This document shows positions 25,251-38,214 of a stretch of 64,000 nt of DNA, in pieces; the first letter of the stretch is position 1; every line of letters begins with the position of its first letter. Where the stretch lies: NCBI RefSeq assembly GCF_001194135.2, contig NC_068983.1:165079396-165143395 (forward strand), in the 5' to 3' direction. The position numbers and the translations under genes were made by a program. This DNA comes from Octopus bimaculoides. Lineage: Eukaryota. The notes beneath the pieces are model-generated. The model saw only the letters and a program-made list of their open reading frames with translations. It was not told the DNA's origin and made no database searches.

Positions 25251-25324
25251 TATATATATGTACATTCATGCATATACACATAGACGTATGCAAAAAGAAT
25301 ATATGTACAGTCTTTTATTCTTTT

Positions 25325-25707
25325 TTTCTTTTATTTGTTTCAGTCATTTGACTGCGGCCATGCTGGGGCACCGTCTTTACTCGAGCAAATCGACCCCAGG
25401 ACTTATTCTTTGTAAGCCCAGTACTTATTCTATCGGTTACTTTGGCCGAACACTAAGTTAGGGGGTCGTAAACACACCAGCATCGGTTGTCAAGCGATGT
25501 TGGAGGACAAATACAGACACACAAACACACGCACATACACACACACACATATATACAACGGGCTTCTTTCAGTTTCCGTGTACACAAGGCTTTGGTCGGC
25601 CCGAGGCTATAGTAGAGACACTTGCCAAAGGTGCCACGCAGTGGGACTGAACCGAGAACCATGTGGTTGGTAAGCAAGCTACTTACCACACAGCCACTAC
25701 TGCGCCT
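25325..25707 (-). mobile_element. Family B SINE (full length, young-looking)
   Basis: Reverse complement ggcgcagtagtggctgtgtggtaagtagcttgcttaccaaccacatggttctcggttcagtcccactgcgtggcacctttggcaagtgtc...caaatgactgaaacaaataaaag. Confidence 0.92.
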
Positions 25708-26268
25708 ATATATACACATATATACTATATGTATGTATGAATGTATGTACGTATAAATATACCATACACAGAAAAACGTTATATATTCAACTACACACTA
25801 CCAGGTGCGTAAACACCAAATATTTTAAATTCTTTAGTACCAAATGCAAAACGGTAATTTGTGAGGAAGAAAAGTTAATCTTATTGAAGAATGCTTAATG
25901 TTGGTGAATATATGAATGTTTTCGAAATACGAGGGAAACTTTCGAAGTATGGTAAACATCTATTATGTGAAAATATAATTTTTTGACACATCCTCAGTAA
26001 ATAGCACGGGAACGCTCAGCAAGAATTCACAAATTTCACATATTTTATTCAAGGTGGCAAGAAGGATACAGCAGAAAATTACACTTTTCCGAGACACAGA
26101 GATTGCACTCTTGAGAGCAATGCCATAACGAGATGTGCGTTCCATTATAACCAGATCCATTTTATATATATGTTTTTAATATCATCCTCAGACACATCTT
26201 TTCAATACGTTTGTATAATGGAGAAGAGAGGCGTCACTTTCTGATTGTCCGAAACATACATACATTTA

Positions 26269-26293
<25 letters not shown>

Positions 26294-26302
<9 letters not shown>

Positions 26303-26500
26303 CCAGCGCCTTTTGAGGAGGGCGGACCCACTTGCAAGGTCACGCGCTGTTTGCCTTGATAGGAGGTCACTATGTGGCACACCTGGTTGTGGGGCATGTG
26401 CCTGGTGTACTCTTATCAAACGGGTAGTTTGATGGGCTTCGTACATTTGCGCCCAGCGTCATTTTCATGGCGTGTGCTGCTCTTTCATTCAATAATAATA
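26294..26500 (+). mobile_element. Probable non-LTR retrotransposon 3' UTR fragment with an (AAT)n tail
   Basis: GC-richer ~200-bp island ending ctctttcattcaataataata, bounded on the left by (ATT)n. Family not identified. Confidence 0.35.
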
Positions 26501-27899
26501 TATATGTATGAATATATATTTCGTTTTGTTTCTTTTTCATTAGTAAAAAATATTTTAGCTCGCGAAACTAACAGTTTAGAAAGACATATAGCAATGAGAA
26601 TTCAGTCACATATTAGGATTTACATATCGAGTCACATATTGTAATTATATATCGCGGGGGCGGCAGCGGGGGTGGCAGTGGCAGTGGGAGCAGTAGTGGC
26701 AGTGTGGAGGCGGTGTGGTTATTAGCTTGAGTTTACTACAATGACATTAATAGCGATTGAAGTCTTGTCTTATGTGACCGACATTTACCAACAGAATATA
26801 TTCCTAATTCGTCAACAGTTTGAAAAAGACTGTATTTGATAATTATAATATAATTCCGATACCAGTATGGTTCCACTTATCTCTGTTTACTGAAAGAATT
26901 GTAATTCATTTGGGAAGAATTTTCTGTTACAATGAGAATCACATCTTCGACAGTTGAAAGCAATAACCATATCATTCAACAATTTATTTTATCAGTCTGG
27001 CAGTTAATCTTACAAATACCATCTTTAACTCTTCTCCACCCTTCTTCTATGATCTTGTTATATTTGCCCTTTCTTTTGTGTTATTTAATCATTTTCTTCC
27101 TTTCTCCATTCACTTCTTCTCTGTGAATTCTTCTGGTGTTTCCTTCCAAAATATTGTCTCTGATTTTTTTCTTCCACCTTCTTTGTTTCTTTTCACTATA
27201 TCTCCATCGACAAGATGTTTGTTTATCCAACAATTCAGAAATAATCCGTTATTAGTTTGTTTCTTTTCTATAAATTTCTAACAATACCAAATAAAGTTGT
27301 TTTAAACTCAGTGTTAATTGAAATGAAAACTGTTTCGAAGACAAGAAACAGTTCACAAAAATACATAAAACACGCTTTGGTAAAATTCTCATATAACTGC
27401 AAATAAACTTTTGGACAATTTGATTATTTATAAATCTTATAATTATTCCACAAGAAACAGTGAAAATTGTATATGGAACAAATTCTACAGACAGATTAAG
27501 ATCATTGATTTAAGAGTTCAATATCTTCAAATTGTATGAGAAAGAAAAATCACTATGTAATTTTCAAGTTTCCAATACTACTCAAAGACAAAACCAAAAA
27601 CTCTGTTATTTATTGTATAGATTTCTCAGATTTTTTGTATAGAAATCTATTTTCTTGAAAATGTAGACAAATATGGGCGGCATTTGGGCTGAAAGAAGAC
27701 AACGAAATATGTTTTTAAGTGTCCTCTATAGTATACAAGTTATAATGCCCCTTTTTGTTTTGTTTTTTGTTTTTTTTCTCTTTATGGCAGGAGTTATCTT
27801 TCTTTCTTTCTCTATACCATAATGGAGAAAGCTGCTTATTAATTAGGTATGTAACAATTACTAAAAGTACTAAAAGAAAGCAATATTAAAAGCTTGACC

Positions 27900-29300
27900 G
27901 TCTTGAAATATTTTTATAAATTAATGTTCTAAGAAATTGCCTATAATATCGCAAATTTAGATATTCATTGCATTCACTGCGTTCAATTCTTCATAAATTT
28001 AAATATTCATTGCATTCACTACGGAGTAAATTTTAATGTTCAATAATAACACTGTTAATTCGTTACAGGCAACATTTTACGTTTTTATTTGCAACAGTCT
28101 CTCATTCTCGCTCGCTTCTATTTTCATTAATGATAATTTAATAATAGCTATATAACTTTGATACGAGACACAATTTCAAAGAATATTATCAGTTCCCGGA
28201 GTTTACTAAATGAATATTTTTGATAAAATGAATTTTTTTAATATACCGGTATAATTTTTAAGTGATTTTGTGTCGAATGAATGCATGCTATTACACAAAA
28301 TAGCTGTATAACTTAGATACGAGTCACAATTTCTAGAATATTATCAGTTTCCAGAGTTTGTTAAATGAATATTTTTGATAAAATGAAAATTTTTTAATAT
28401 ACCGGTATTTTTTTTTTATTTTTTTTTTTATGAAGAAGTGATTTTCTTGGTATGACTACTTGGAACACTTGCAATAATAACTATGTGATCGCTGCTATTT
28501 CTAGCACGCTAAACAAGATAGCTTTTAATGAGCTTTCATTTATATATAATATGCGATTGAAAAAGAAAATTTAGCAGCATAAGCACAACAGCAGAGTGAA
28601 AGACGGACAACTGAATCAGATGAAACCAGGGCAAAGCGACTGAAACAGATGCCTCAATATGCATTGAGACATAGACAGGATTCTGTTTTTGCTATACATG
28701 ATCAACTGATTAGGGTGTCTCGAGAGGAGGATATTTTACTTCAACACAATAATGTCAGATCACAAATTGTTGATGCAACGCTAAAGGGATCTTTTCTTTG
28801 CGATCATGTGGAAAGTAGTGGAGTTGACAACCAATCTAAGACTTCTTACAGAAGGTCATTCTGATGAAAGAGAGTTTGCTAATTACCTTCTTGATGTAGG
28901 AAATGGTAACGCTTCTCTTGAACAAAGCCTAGGTTAATTCAAAATCAAAACTACCCAATGGCCCTTGCCTTGAAAATGGTACTCTTTCAGATCTATGCGA
29001 TTTTGACACCGCATGTATCTCAAAAAATGGAATTTACATTTACATTTACACGCAAATCATTTCCTGTTAAGCCATCTTTTGCCTTGACGTGCAACAAGGC
29101 ACAGGGACAGACTTTTGTAATATATCTTCCGACACAATTCTCCTCACATGGTCAGCTGTATGTCGCATTATCTAGAGTTCGAAAGAAGGCTAATGTAAAA
29201 ATATTTGCTGAGAGAAATGGAAACAGTATGATTGCTGACAATCGTGTCTAAAAGACATACTACTTTAAAGCAAAATATGCTTTTTAGCAAAATATCTTTT
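27900..29300 (+). mobile_element. Internally deleted Helitron (PIF1-type helicase remnants)
   Basis: TNLRLLTEGHSDEREFANYLLDVGNG (about 28830-28905), FTFTRKSFPVKPSFALTCNKAQGQT (helicase motif V) and HGQLYVALSRV (motif VI), stop at 29251. The upstream AT-rich region carries a 156-bp tandem duplication (28145 and 28301). Termini are not identified. Confidence 0.75.
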
Positions 29301-29404
29301 TTCAGTAAATAGAATTAACGCATAAATTGTATGTAAAGTAACATATATTTGTGAGGAATTAAATTTTTGTGGCATATTTCAACACATGCCGAATGAATGA
29401 GATC

Positions 29405-31630
29405 GTTATATTAGATGAAATAAATGCCCTAATTTCAACAGTGCAGATATTAAGTAAAGATATAGAAATGAATTTGGGACTAAAGAATGTGGTATGTTTA
29501 TAATACAAAGAGGCAAAGTAATGTCGTCTGATGGTGTAGAGCTACCCGACGGCAAGAAAATCATGGACATTGAGACTAATGGATATAAATATCTGGGGAT
29601 TTTAGAATACGACAAAATCAAGGGAAGTGAAATGAAGGAAAGCTTTTGGCGAGAATATCTCAGAAGAACCAGGTTAATTATAGGAAGTAGACTCAATGGG
29701 AAAAACAAAATCAGAGCAATGAACACATGGGATGTTTCCTTAATGCGATACGGCGCAGGTGTTGTTAGGTGGTGGAAGAACGAGCTTGAGGAAATGGACA
29801 GGAAAACTAGTGAGGTGACGACAGTTAACAAGGAACTACACCCCAAAAGCGATACTGACGGACTGTATGTACCTAGAAACAAGGGTGGAAAAGGTCTCAT
29901 ACGATGCAAGATCTGTGTTGTCAACAAGAAAAACAGTCTGGCATGGTACATCAAACAGCAGAGTGAGCCTTGCTTGCCGCTGTTAGAATTAACAATATAA
30001 TACCTGTCGAAAATGTGATGCACCCACAAACATTTAAGAAACATTTAAGATGAAGAAGAAAGAGTAAACAACTGGAAAAGGAAACAAACTGCATGGACAA
30101 TACCTCAGAGAAATCGAAGGAAAACACAAGATCAACACTTGGAGATGGTTAAGAAAAAGTGATCTGAAAAGATGCACTGAGGCATTGATGTGCAGCGCTC
30201 AGGAGCAAGCTCTGAGAACTAATTACACCAACAGATAAGAATAGCGAATCGCCTCTTTGTAGGATGTGTGGCAGCAGAAACGAAACAATTTCATATATTG
30301 TGAGTGAGTGTAGCAAGTTGATCCAAAAGCACTACAAAAAGAGGCACGATAACGTGACTAAGTTCGACCACTGGAGGCAATGTGAAAAGCACGGCTGAAC
30401 AGAGCACGGAAATGGTACGAACATGAACCAGGAGTCACCGAGAACAAGGAACATAAGATACTGTGGGATTTTTCAATCCAATGTGACTCCCTAATCAACG
30501 CTCTGATAGCAAATATTGTTGTGACAGATAAAGGAAAACAGGAAACCACGATCATAGATATTGCAATACCTGGAGATGCACGCATAAGTGACAAAGAACT
30601 AGAAAAGATTGAAAATTATCTATCTAGGTCATCCGTCAGGACGCCCCAAGACTGTTTCCACATGTTTTCCCCATTCATCTCGATCTTCCATAATGGTCCT
30701 CAGCTCCTGTATCCCTTCCATACAAATATCCTCCAGCAAGTTCTCGGTACGGGTCATCTTCCTCCTTCCTCTCCTGGTTCTTCCTTCTGTTGGTTGCCAG
30801 AACACTAGCTTGTTAGCAATTTCATCAGTGTGGCTGATGCAGTGTCCAGCTAACCTCATTCTTCTATGCTGTATCTTCAGTGTTACTTTTGGTAGTCCCT
30901 GGTATAAGTCGGCGTTTGTTGTTTGACTCTTCCAGAAGACATTGAGTGCTATTCTAAGCATCCTCGTATAACAACCGTCCAACTGCTTCTTCAATGCTTT
31001 AGTGAGCGTCCATGTTTCAGCCCCATATAGAAGAACAGACTCCACTATTGCCAGAAACAACCTCACTTTCAATTTCCTTGCTAACTTTGAACTCTATACC
31101 TTTCTCAATTTATGGCTTGCACTCCAGGCAAGAACTTTCCTTGCTATGATGCCTTTTTCAGTACTTTGTGTCCACGCACCAAGGTATTTTCAACTACCTT
31201 GAGCGACTTACTGTCTCTCATTTTCACTGACACAGGCAACCGAAACTCCTATGAACCCACGTGTTGAAAAGTACAGACCACTAAAAGACGAAATTGCAAG
31301 AAGGTGGACTTTGAGGAGACTGTCTATCATTCCAGTAGTTGTAGGGGTCACTCGGAGAACTAGGAACCGAGTCCGAGAAATAAGTAAAAGAAATCGGAAT
31401 TGACATGAGAGCAAAGCATGCCCAAAGAACTGCTCTGTTGGGGACAGCTAGGATTTTGAGATTGGTATTTGGATGTTGAATGTCTCCCATGATAATTAAC
31501 TACCAAGTATCAAAGGCTATATAAGGTACAGAAAGATTCCTGTGAGACCTCTGACAGCAGGCTGCTATCCGCTCTCTACCAGAGCAGACAAGATCGAACA
31601 TTTTGAAAAGTAAAACGATAATAATAAGGA
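29405..31630 (+). mobile_element. 5'-truncated R4/Dong-like REL LINE, split by an RTE insertion
   Basis: YKYLGI; RLNGKNKIRAMNTWDVSLMRYGAG; ELEEMDRKT; LYVPRNKGGKGL; CRMCGSRNETISYIVSEC...KRHDNV (CCHC knuckle, H>Y); ILWDFSIQCD; TIIDIAIPGD..ISDKELEKIE|KYRPLKDEIARRW; TALLGTARILRLVFGC*. Multiple frameshifts. Confidence 0.88.
30616..31263 (-). mobile_element. 5'-truncated RTE-like LINE nested in the R4/Dong-like element
   Basis: KYLGAW; KVRLFLAIVESVLLYGAETWTLTK...YTRMLRIALNVFWK...RRMRLAGHC...GRTRRGRR...EDRDEW; short TAGATAGATAA tail; TSD TTGAAAA at 30609-30615 and 31264-31270. Confidence 0.9.
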
Positions 31631-31800
31631 CAATTGATCAGGTGAGTCGATCAAGTGAATGATCGGATAATTTATCCAAATGCTTGTTTGTATTGTTTAT
31701 AAAATTTGTTGTTCCCAGAAAGTTCTATTTATCCTTTTCTGTTTAAAAAATCTCTAATAAGTATTAATAAAGCAGGTAACGAAACCTATCAAACAGCTTC

Positions 31801-31918
31801 ACATCTATAATGTTATATACATCTATAATGTTATATACATCTATAATGTTATATACATCTATAATGTTATATACATCTATAATGTTATATACATCTATAA
31901 TGTTATATAATGTTATAT
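31801..31918. repeat. 18-bp tandem repeat (ACATCTATAATGTTATAT x6)
   Basis: Direct reading; explains the IIDVYN repeat in ORF 31764-31958. Confidence 0.95.
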
Positions 31919-32405
31919 TGTGTGTGTTTATTTTTATTATTCTTTTCATTAAATCCATTTAAGTGATACAGACGTTTTCGAATTAATAAGTTATTAGCTT
32001 CAAAATGAAAGCATGTGTCAAATTTCCTTTGGAAGGTTTCCTTTGATCTATGAATAAATCAAAACGAATGTATTAATTCATAAAGAATTATGAATAATGT
32101 ATAACCTGCAGCTGTTGCCTTATAAGGGTTTTGTTTATTGACCATTGGGTATTGCATGTAATTGACGCTTAGAGTAATTTCAGTGGAAAACATTGGGACC
32201 TGTTCCAATATGGTATAACAATGTTTGATTAGACTTAATGTGTGCTTTCCATGCGAAACTGCTAAAGTTACATAAGAGACATGTTCTAATTACTTCAGGC
32301 TTCAAAGGAGACTAGTCGTCTCTGTTTATATATGAATACAAATAATGCACACATAAGCAAAGATGCACGCATACACATATATACACGCACACAAATACAC
32401 ACACG

Positions 32406-32443
<38 letters not shown>

Positions 32444-32446
32444 CAT

Positions 32447-32665
32447 CATCATCGTTTAACGTCCGCTTTCCACGCTAGTATGGGTTGGACGATTTGACTG
32501 AGGACTGGCAAGCCAGAAGTCTACACTAGGCTTCAATCTGATTTGGAAGAGTTTCTACAGCTGCATGCCCTTCCTAACGCCAACCACTCCGAGAGTGTAG
32601 TGGGTGCTTTTACGTGCCACCGGCACGAAGGCCAGTCAGGAGGTACTGGCAACGGCCACACTCAA
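32447..32665 (-). mobile_element. Retroposon 3' fragment with an RTE-type tail ending in (GAT)n
   Basis: Reverse complement ...ggaagggcatgcagctgtagaaactcttccaaatcagattgaagcc...ccaacccatactagcgtggaaagcggacgttaaacgatgatgatgat. Confidence 0.7.
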
Positions 32666-32789
32666 AAAGAAAAAAATGTATAAAACACCCCCACCCCACC
32701 TCATTCATGTTAGGCGCTTTCCATTCCTGTATTTTTTCTTCCTCGTTTGAACGTATCCATCCGAGCTGATAGAATCTCCTAATACAGCG

Positions 32790-33260
32790 AAACTGAAATG
32801 TAAATGACCCGCACTTAAAATTATATTATGTCACCTGAGGAGTCTTCTTTGCACTGTGCGTGGAATCTAGTGTTGTTGCACCGTTCCACGCCCACGAGGG
32901 AGTAGTGCATCGTGAAGACGAAACAATTGTCGTGATAATAAATTGCTTTTTGGCACACGCCGTCTTCTCTGTTAATCTTTAATATATACCCTTCGTGTCC
33001 CCTGGAATTTCTGGAAGCTGCTCCAACGATGAATACAAAGTATCGCTGGTGACGCCTGGTGGCCACAAGTGGGGAACGTGCTCTGAGAACACACGACTTA
33101 TCTTGAATCAAGGTTTCGATTCTGCGTTTAACGCACACTTTCTAAACCTTAATCCTTGGTGGTCCAAATCGGATTCGCAATCTATGTGGATGTCTTTTCA
33201 AAACATTGTCTGGTTTAAAAAGCCACATCAGATGCCATGATGGATCTAAGGTGTAGGTGC
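32790..33260 (-). mobile_element. Ancient RTE LINE fragment (APE end and linker)
   Basis: The minus strand gives H-L-R-S-(frameshift)-W-H-L, like the RTE HPRSKHWHLID motif, then IDCESDLDH (like ADCxTDH) and RTVQRRL. Very degraded. Confidence 0.45.
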
Positions 33261-33273
33261 AGGNNNNNNNNNN

Positions 33274-33304
<31 letters not shown>

Positions 33305-33331
33305 ATGTAACCATAACCATATCCATTAGAT

Positions 33332-33365
<34 letters not shown>

Positions 33366-33780
33366 TCTATCAAAGACTATCTTTCTAACTTAGCAAGCGA
33401 CGTCGATGGATTACGGATTCCTCACATCTTCCCGAAAATCCTGTCAAGAGACTTTAGCTGAGAAGTTGGAAACCCACTAGTTTTGCTGGCCAGACAAGAG
33501 TATCACAAACAGTTATAATCTTGGGTTTTATCGCGAATCTTCAGCATGGCTGCGTGGTTAAGGCGCTCGCTTTGCAACCATATGGATTCGAGTTCAGTCT
33601 TACTGCGATGTATGATGGGCTAGAGTCCTTTTATTTTCCTTCCAGGGTCGGAAAAGTGAAGTAGAAACCATGTATTAGCATAGATAATACCGACTAATCC
33701 CAAAGCCATAATATCAAGCGTTGAAAGAATGGATTTTACTTCATGTCTGTTCAAATATTTGTTTTATTTCTGAACCCGTT

Positions 33781-33935
33781 TAGGCGGCGAGTTGGCTTAG
33801 CGCTATTTTCGTCCGGCTCTTTACGCTCTGAGTTCAAATACCGCAGAGTTCGACTTTGCCTTTCTTCCTTTCGTAATCGACTTACCAATTCCTTCAAAAT
33901 TAGTGACCTTGTGCCAGTATTGGAAAGGAAATATT
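33781..33935 (+). mobile_element. Family A SINE (internally deleted)
   Basis: taggcggcgagttggc...gagttcaaatacc...ttcgactttgcctttc...ccttgtgcc. Confidence 0.7.
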
Positions 33936-35198
33936 TCTAAACAACTCCAAATAAAGTTCGGGTATTTTGTTATAAGTTGAGAACAAGATTTGAGAGACTG
34001 AAACTAGTGTTAAGAGAATTTACAGAAGATTTGGGACAGCTAACACGACCAGAACATTTGTTATTTGACTCTTAAAATGCAGAACTACATGACTTAATGC
34101 TTTTAGTTTAGCACGACAAAGTTACAACCTATACGCCATCCTTGTTCCACTTCAATATTTCCTTCTTACAAATATATTTGAAGCCAGTATTTAGTTGAAG
34201 GAGAGATATAAATGATTAAGTAGATCCATTATTTATGCATAGCTTTGGATATTGATCCCTACTGGATCAAAGGTCGTACTTAAAATCGAAGTTGGTATGG
34301 ACATAAGTAAATACAATTGTCTGTTTATTGACACGCCCTCCAGTCTCTGCCAATTTTCTCAATGTAGTCTCGTTGTAATCCACTGATTGCTTAACAGCAA
34401 TCCAACTCTGTGGTGGTAGTTTTGTAACATATCAATAAATATATAAACTTGTATTTATATTTTAATATATTGAATTCCTGCATGAAATAATGATTTATAT
34501 CACGCAGACCAAATCAAAATACGCACACATATAAAATGTAATGTTCTGTTATGGGTGGGATCGACAAAAAGCATTCCATCCAGTGAGATATAAGTATTAT
34601 TCAATGCACAAAGGATTTTAAATAGAGATACTCTTAGTTTCATGCCTCTGAAAATATAATCATCGAACAAGCGTGTTTTTTTGGACAAGTGTATATTTCC
34701 AAGCGATCATTCAGACTCGTAAGTTTGACTCATTGCCTGAAAATAGACGGCACGCAAAACAAGCTTGTCCAACCGTTGTATGTTTAGATGTGAGAAACTG
34801 ATAGTCGCTCGTATTTAAATCCTCCTGTACATATACATGCGTGTGTGCGTGTGCGTGTGCGTGTGCGTGTGCGTGTGCGTGTGCGTGTGTGTGTGTGTGT
34901 GTTGTAAGAGGAGGCATATAATTTCGATACCGAATACCGGCAGATATCGAATTTATGTGTGTAAAATGCTAAGCACCTTCAAATGGTGCCTTTTTTGTTA
35001 AATTTCCTTTAACACACACCCGATGTTACAATGCTATTGCTTATGTGTGTATTTATATATATAGATATTATGGATTATAAACTTTTCTTCTAGGTTTTAT
35101 AGATTTTTTAATTCGTATTTTGTAGAGTACGTTTTTCTTGATGGTGTCTCATCTCCTTCATTGTTTGGATTGCATCTTGGCGGTTCTTATCTAAATTA

Positions 35199-35260
<62 letters not shown>

Positions 35261-36204
35261 CGTACATATGTATCTCTATACGCACATATATTAGTATTAC
35301 CTACAAATAGGCATAAAGAATAGCGCACAAAAAAATAACAAACGATGTAAAGTTAGCGAATACATGTATACATGTGCCCATAGGGACATGCAAGACCATT
35401 GTCGACGTGCACAAACGACTACAGTGCAATCCAATAAGAGAGTAATATAATTATATTCAAATATATTAAAATAATCATACATAGTAGAATAGTAAAAGAA
35501 CGGGGGCGGGATACAGGTATGAAAAATGAGGTTATACATTATAATATCGTTAGATTACGTGATAGGCTCAAGTAAGTCGTAGATAATTCCTAATGCCGTT
35601 AAATTACATGCAATATAAGATTGTTAACATAGAATTTAGGGAGTGGGGTTACGGGCTTATAAAAATGCCTAAGTTAACTCAAAGGTGAGTTAACCGGGAA
35701 TTTATAGAATTACCTAACAGGTTTAAAATATGCAGATACTCGTCGAAGCAATTCAGTCTTAGTTTCGCTTGTCTATTTAGGAGGCCACACTGATGTTGTA
35801 ATAGCTTATGGCATGATCTGCTGCCATAACTATTATTAGAATATGGAGAAGCCCTTTTAAATGTCGCACGTAACTTCAAATTGTATATTATCGTCTTTCA
35901 ATTGCCATATTTTATCAGTTAATCAGGTGCTTGTAGCTTTATGGCGGTGTTCAAATGAGGAGATATGATTATGTAATCTTACTTTGAAAGCAAGTGATGA
36001 ACCGTCTATGAGGGTGAAGGTATTATTATTGGCTTTTACGATAGATTTGTAATCGATAATGTTTATGAGGCAGGCACCTTTAAGCGAACATTCAGCTGGT
36101 GCAGGATCTCCGACTCTATTTTGTATTCTTACTGCCTAAATTTTAAATACCTGATCCTATTGGATCCTGCAAATTTTGTTGTTGTTGTGTGTGTGTGTGT
36201 GAGA

Positions 36205-36263
<59 letters not shown>

Positions 36264-36471
36264 CCTGGTAGTATATAAAGCTAGGGTATTGCCACTGCAT
36301 CACTCAACCTGAGTTCTGGGCTATCAACACTGGCGGATTCCAGACTAATAACGAAATTCTTCATGTGTAGAAAACCTGCTTCACCGACGGTAAAACCGTT
36401 ATGTGGGTTTAGCAAAGAGTGAAATGTACTCCAAATAATACAAAGAGATACTTTAACACATCTTCAATGAA

Positions 36472-36719
36472 CAGTTCCAATTGTTTCAATACTAACTCTG
36501 TTTTCAACGCCAGTTTACGTAAAAGTTCGAAGTGAAAATTTACGATGTAAGCAAAAAACAATGTCTGGAAGATGCACAGTGTAAGAGCGCAGCTTTGATG
36601 CAAGTCTGGGGAGGTGCCACACTAATATCTAAAACTGGAAATTTTAAGAACGTTTTGACGTCGAACTTCTACGTAAACTGGCTTTAAAAGTAGAGCTGGT
36701 ACAGAAACAATTGTAACTG
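36472..36719. mobile_element. Old MITE-like element with ~65-bp imperfect terminal inverted repeats
   Basis: Left arm cagttccaattgtttcaatactaactctgttttcaacgccagtttacgtaaaagttcgaagtgaaaa; reverse complement of right arm cagttacaattgtttctgtaccagctctacttttaaagccagtttacgtagaagttcgacgtcaaaa. Confidence 0.65.
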
Positions 36720-36853
36720 ATCATAAAAGATGGGTTAAAGTCTTTCTCTGTCTCTTTTNNNNNNNNNNNNNNNNNNNNNNNNNNNNNNNNNNNNNNNNNN
36801 NNNNNNNNNNNNNNNNNNNNNNNNNNNNNNNNNNNNNNNNNNNNNNNNNNNNN

Positions 36854-36890
<37 letters not shown>

Positions 36891-37474
36891 AAAAGCCTGT
36901 TACGAGTTCAAATATGCTTCAGGTATAATCAAACCCGTGTAAAAACCATTATTCACTTAATCTTCTTATGGAGAATGTTTCTCCGTGACAAAATATAGTG
37001 AATAGCTTTCTTATGGGTTTAGATATGCCTCAAGCATGTTCGAATTAGTAACAATTTTGTATTTATACACACATCACTGCATACATGCATACATACACAG
37101 ACAGGCAGACAGACAGATAGGTACTCACATATATATAATATGTTATATCATTATATTATATTATATATATACTGTTTAGAATTTGTGTGAATGTGTATAG
37201 AATAGTATATCAGTTGAATAAAGTTAAAATATGGTCTGGTTTCCATGTTTTTTATTCTGGTATTTTAACATTAAAAAAATATTTTGTAATGCTCATATTA
37301 TAAGTAGTGAAGAAAATAAGAATGCCGACACATGGGTGATCATGTAATATCCTATTTTGAAAACTGTTTTGATTATTCTGTGTTATTTCATATATTTTTG
37401 TAGTGTAATTCGAAGTAGCATAAAAGCTCTTTTCAGTTACCTAAGGTTTTCTCACAATTTACTGTTAAGATATC

Positions 37475-37707
37475 CAGAAATCCCTCGACTATCGCGGATG
37501 TCACGATAGATGAAAATCCGCGAAGTAGAAACAGTACTGTACTGTATATACGTTTTTTACTATTTTTATAATTTGTATATATTTATTTTATTATAAATGC
37601 AAAACAACATCATGGAGGGATCGACATGAGCTTAAATTAAACCGCGATATGTGAACCTCGATAGGTGAACCGCGATAGATGAACCGCGATATGGCGAGGG
37701 ATTACTA
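37475..37707. mobile_element. Tigger/pogo-type MITE
   Basis: TIRs cagaaatccctcgactatcgcgg (37475) and ccgcgatatggcgagggattact (37684-37706); internal tgaacc(g/t)cgata repeats near the right end. Confidence 0.7.
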
Positions 37708-38214
37708 TGCCATAGTTTGTCGGTAAAACCACAAATGGAAGGACAGAATGAAACTAGTTTAAACGAAGTGGTAGTTTATTTAGCAAAATAAAATGGCTCA
37801 AATACAACTCAATAGAATGGAACTCTTGTAAAAGTCTATTTTCACACTTAAGTTCCGCACAACAAAAATCACTTCTTTCTCACTTAGAAACGCCTGGAAC
37901 TCTTTCACTTGTGAGTATTTGATGGACATTGACGGTGCAACATCCAGTAGTGGTTGGTCATCATATTCCATCTTCCCTGATATCTTTTTCTTTTCTATTT
38001 CCTTCGTCCTGATGGAACTTTCCATCCAACTTCTCACTCTCATGCTTCACGTTTCCCGAAAAGAAATCGAAATTGGTAGGAAGGAAATAAACCTCAATGC
38101 TCATTTTACATCATTTCACTTCAAACACTTTCACTGTTCTTCCAACTATATTTTCTAGTTTGGATACTTGTTATTGACCGAGAAGTTCTTTGTCACATCT
38201 TTAAAACTAATCTA

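Noticed and set aside
25963-26160. 65-aa minus-strand ORF (MDLVIMERTSRYG...)
   Set aside because: Short, with no recognisable domain; within the size expected by chance.
31801-31918. Regular 18-bp repeat array superficially like a CRISPR or repeat-protein signal
   Set aside because: The units are identical and contiguous with no spacers; this is an ordinary minisatellite in eukaryotic DNA.
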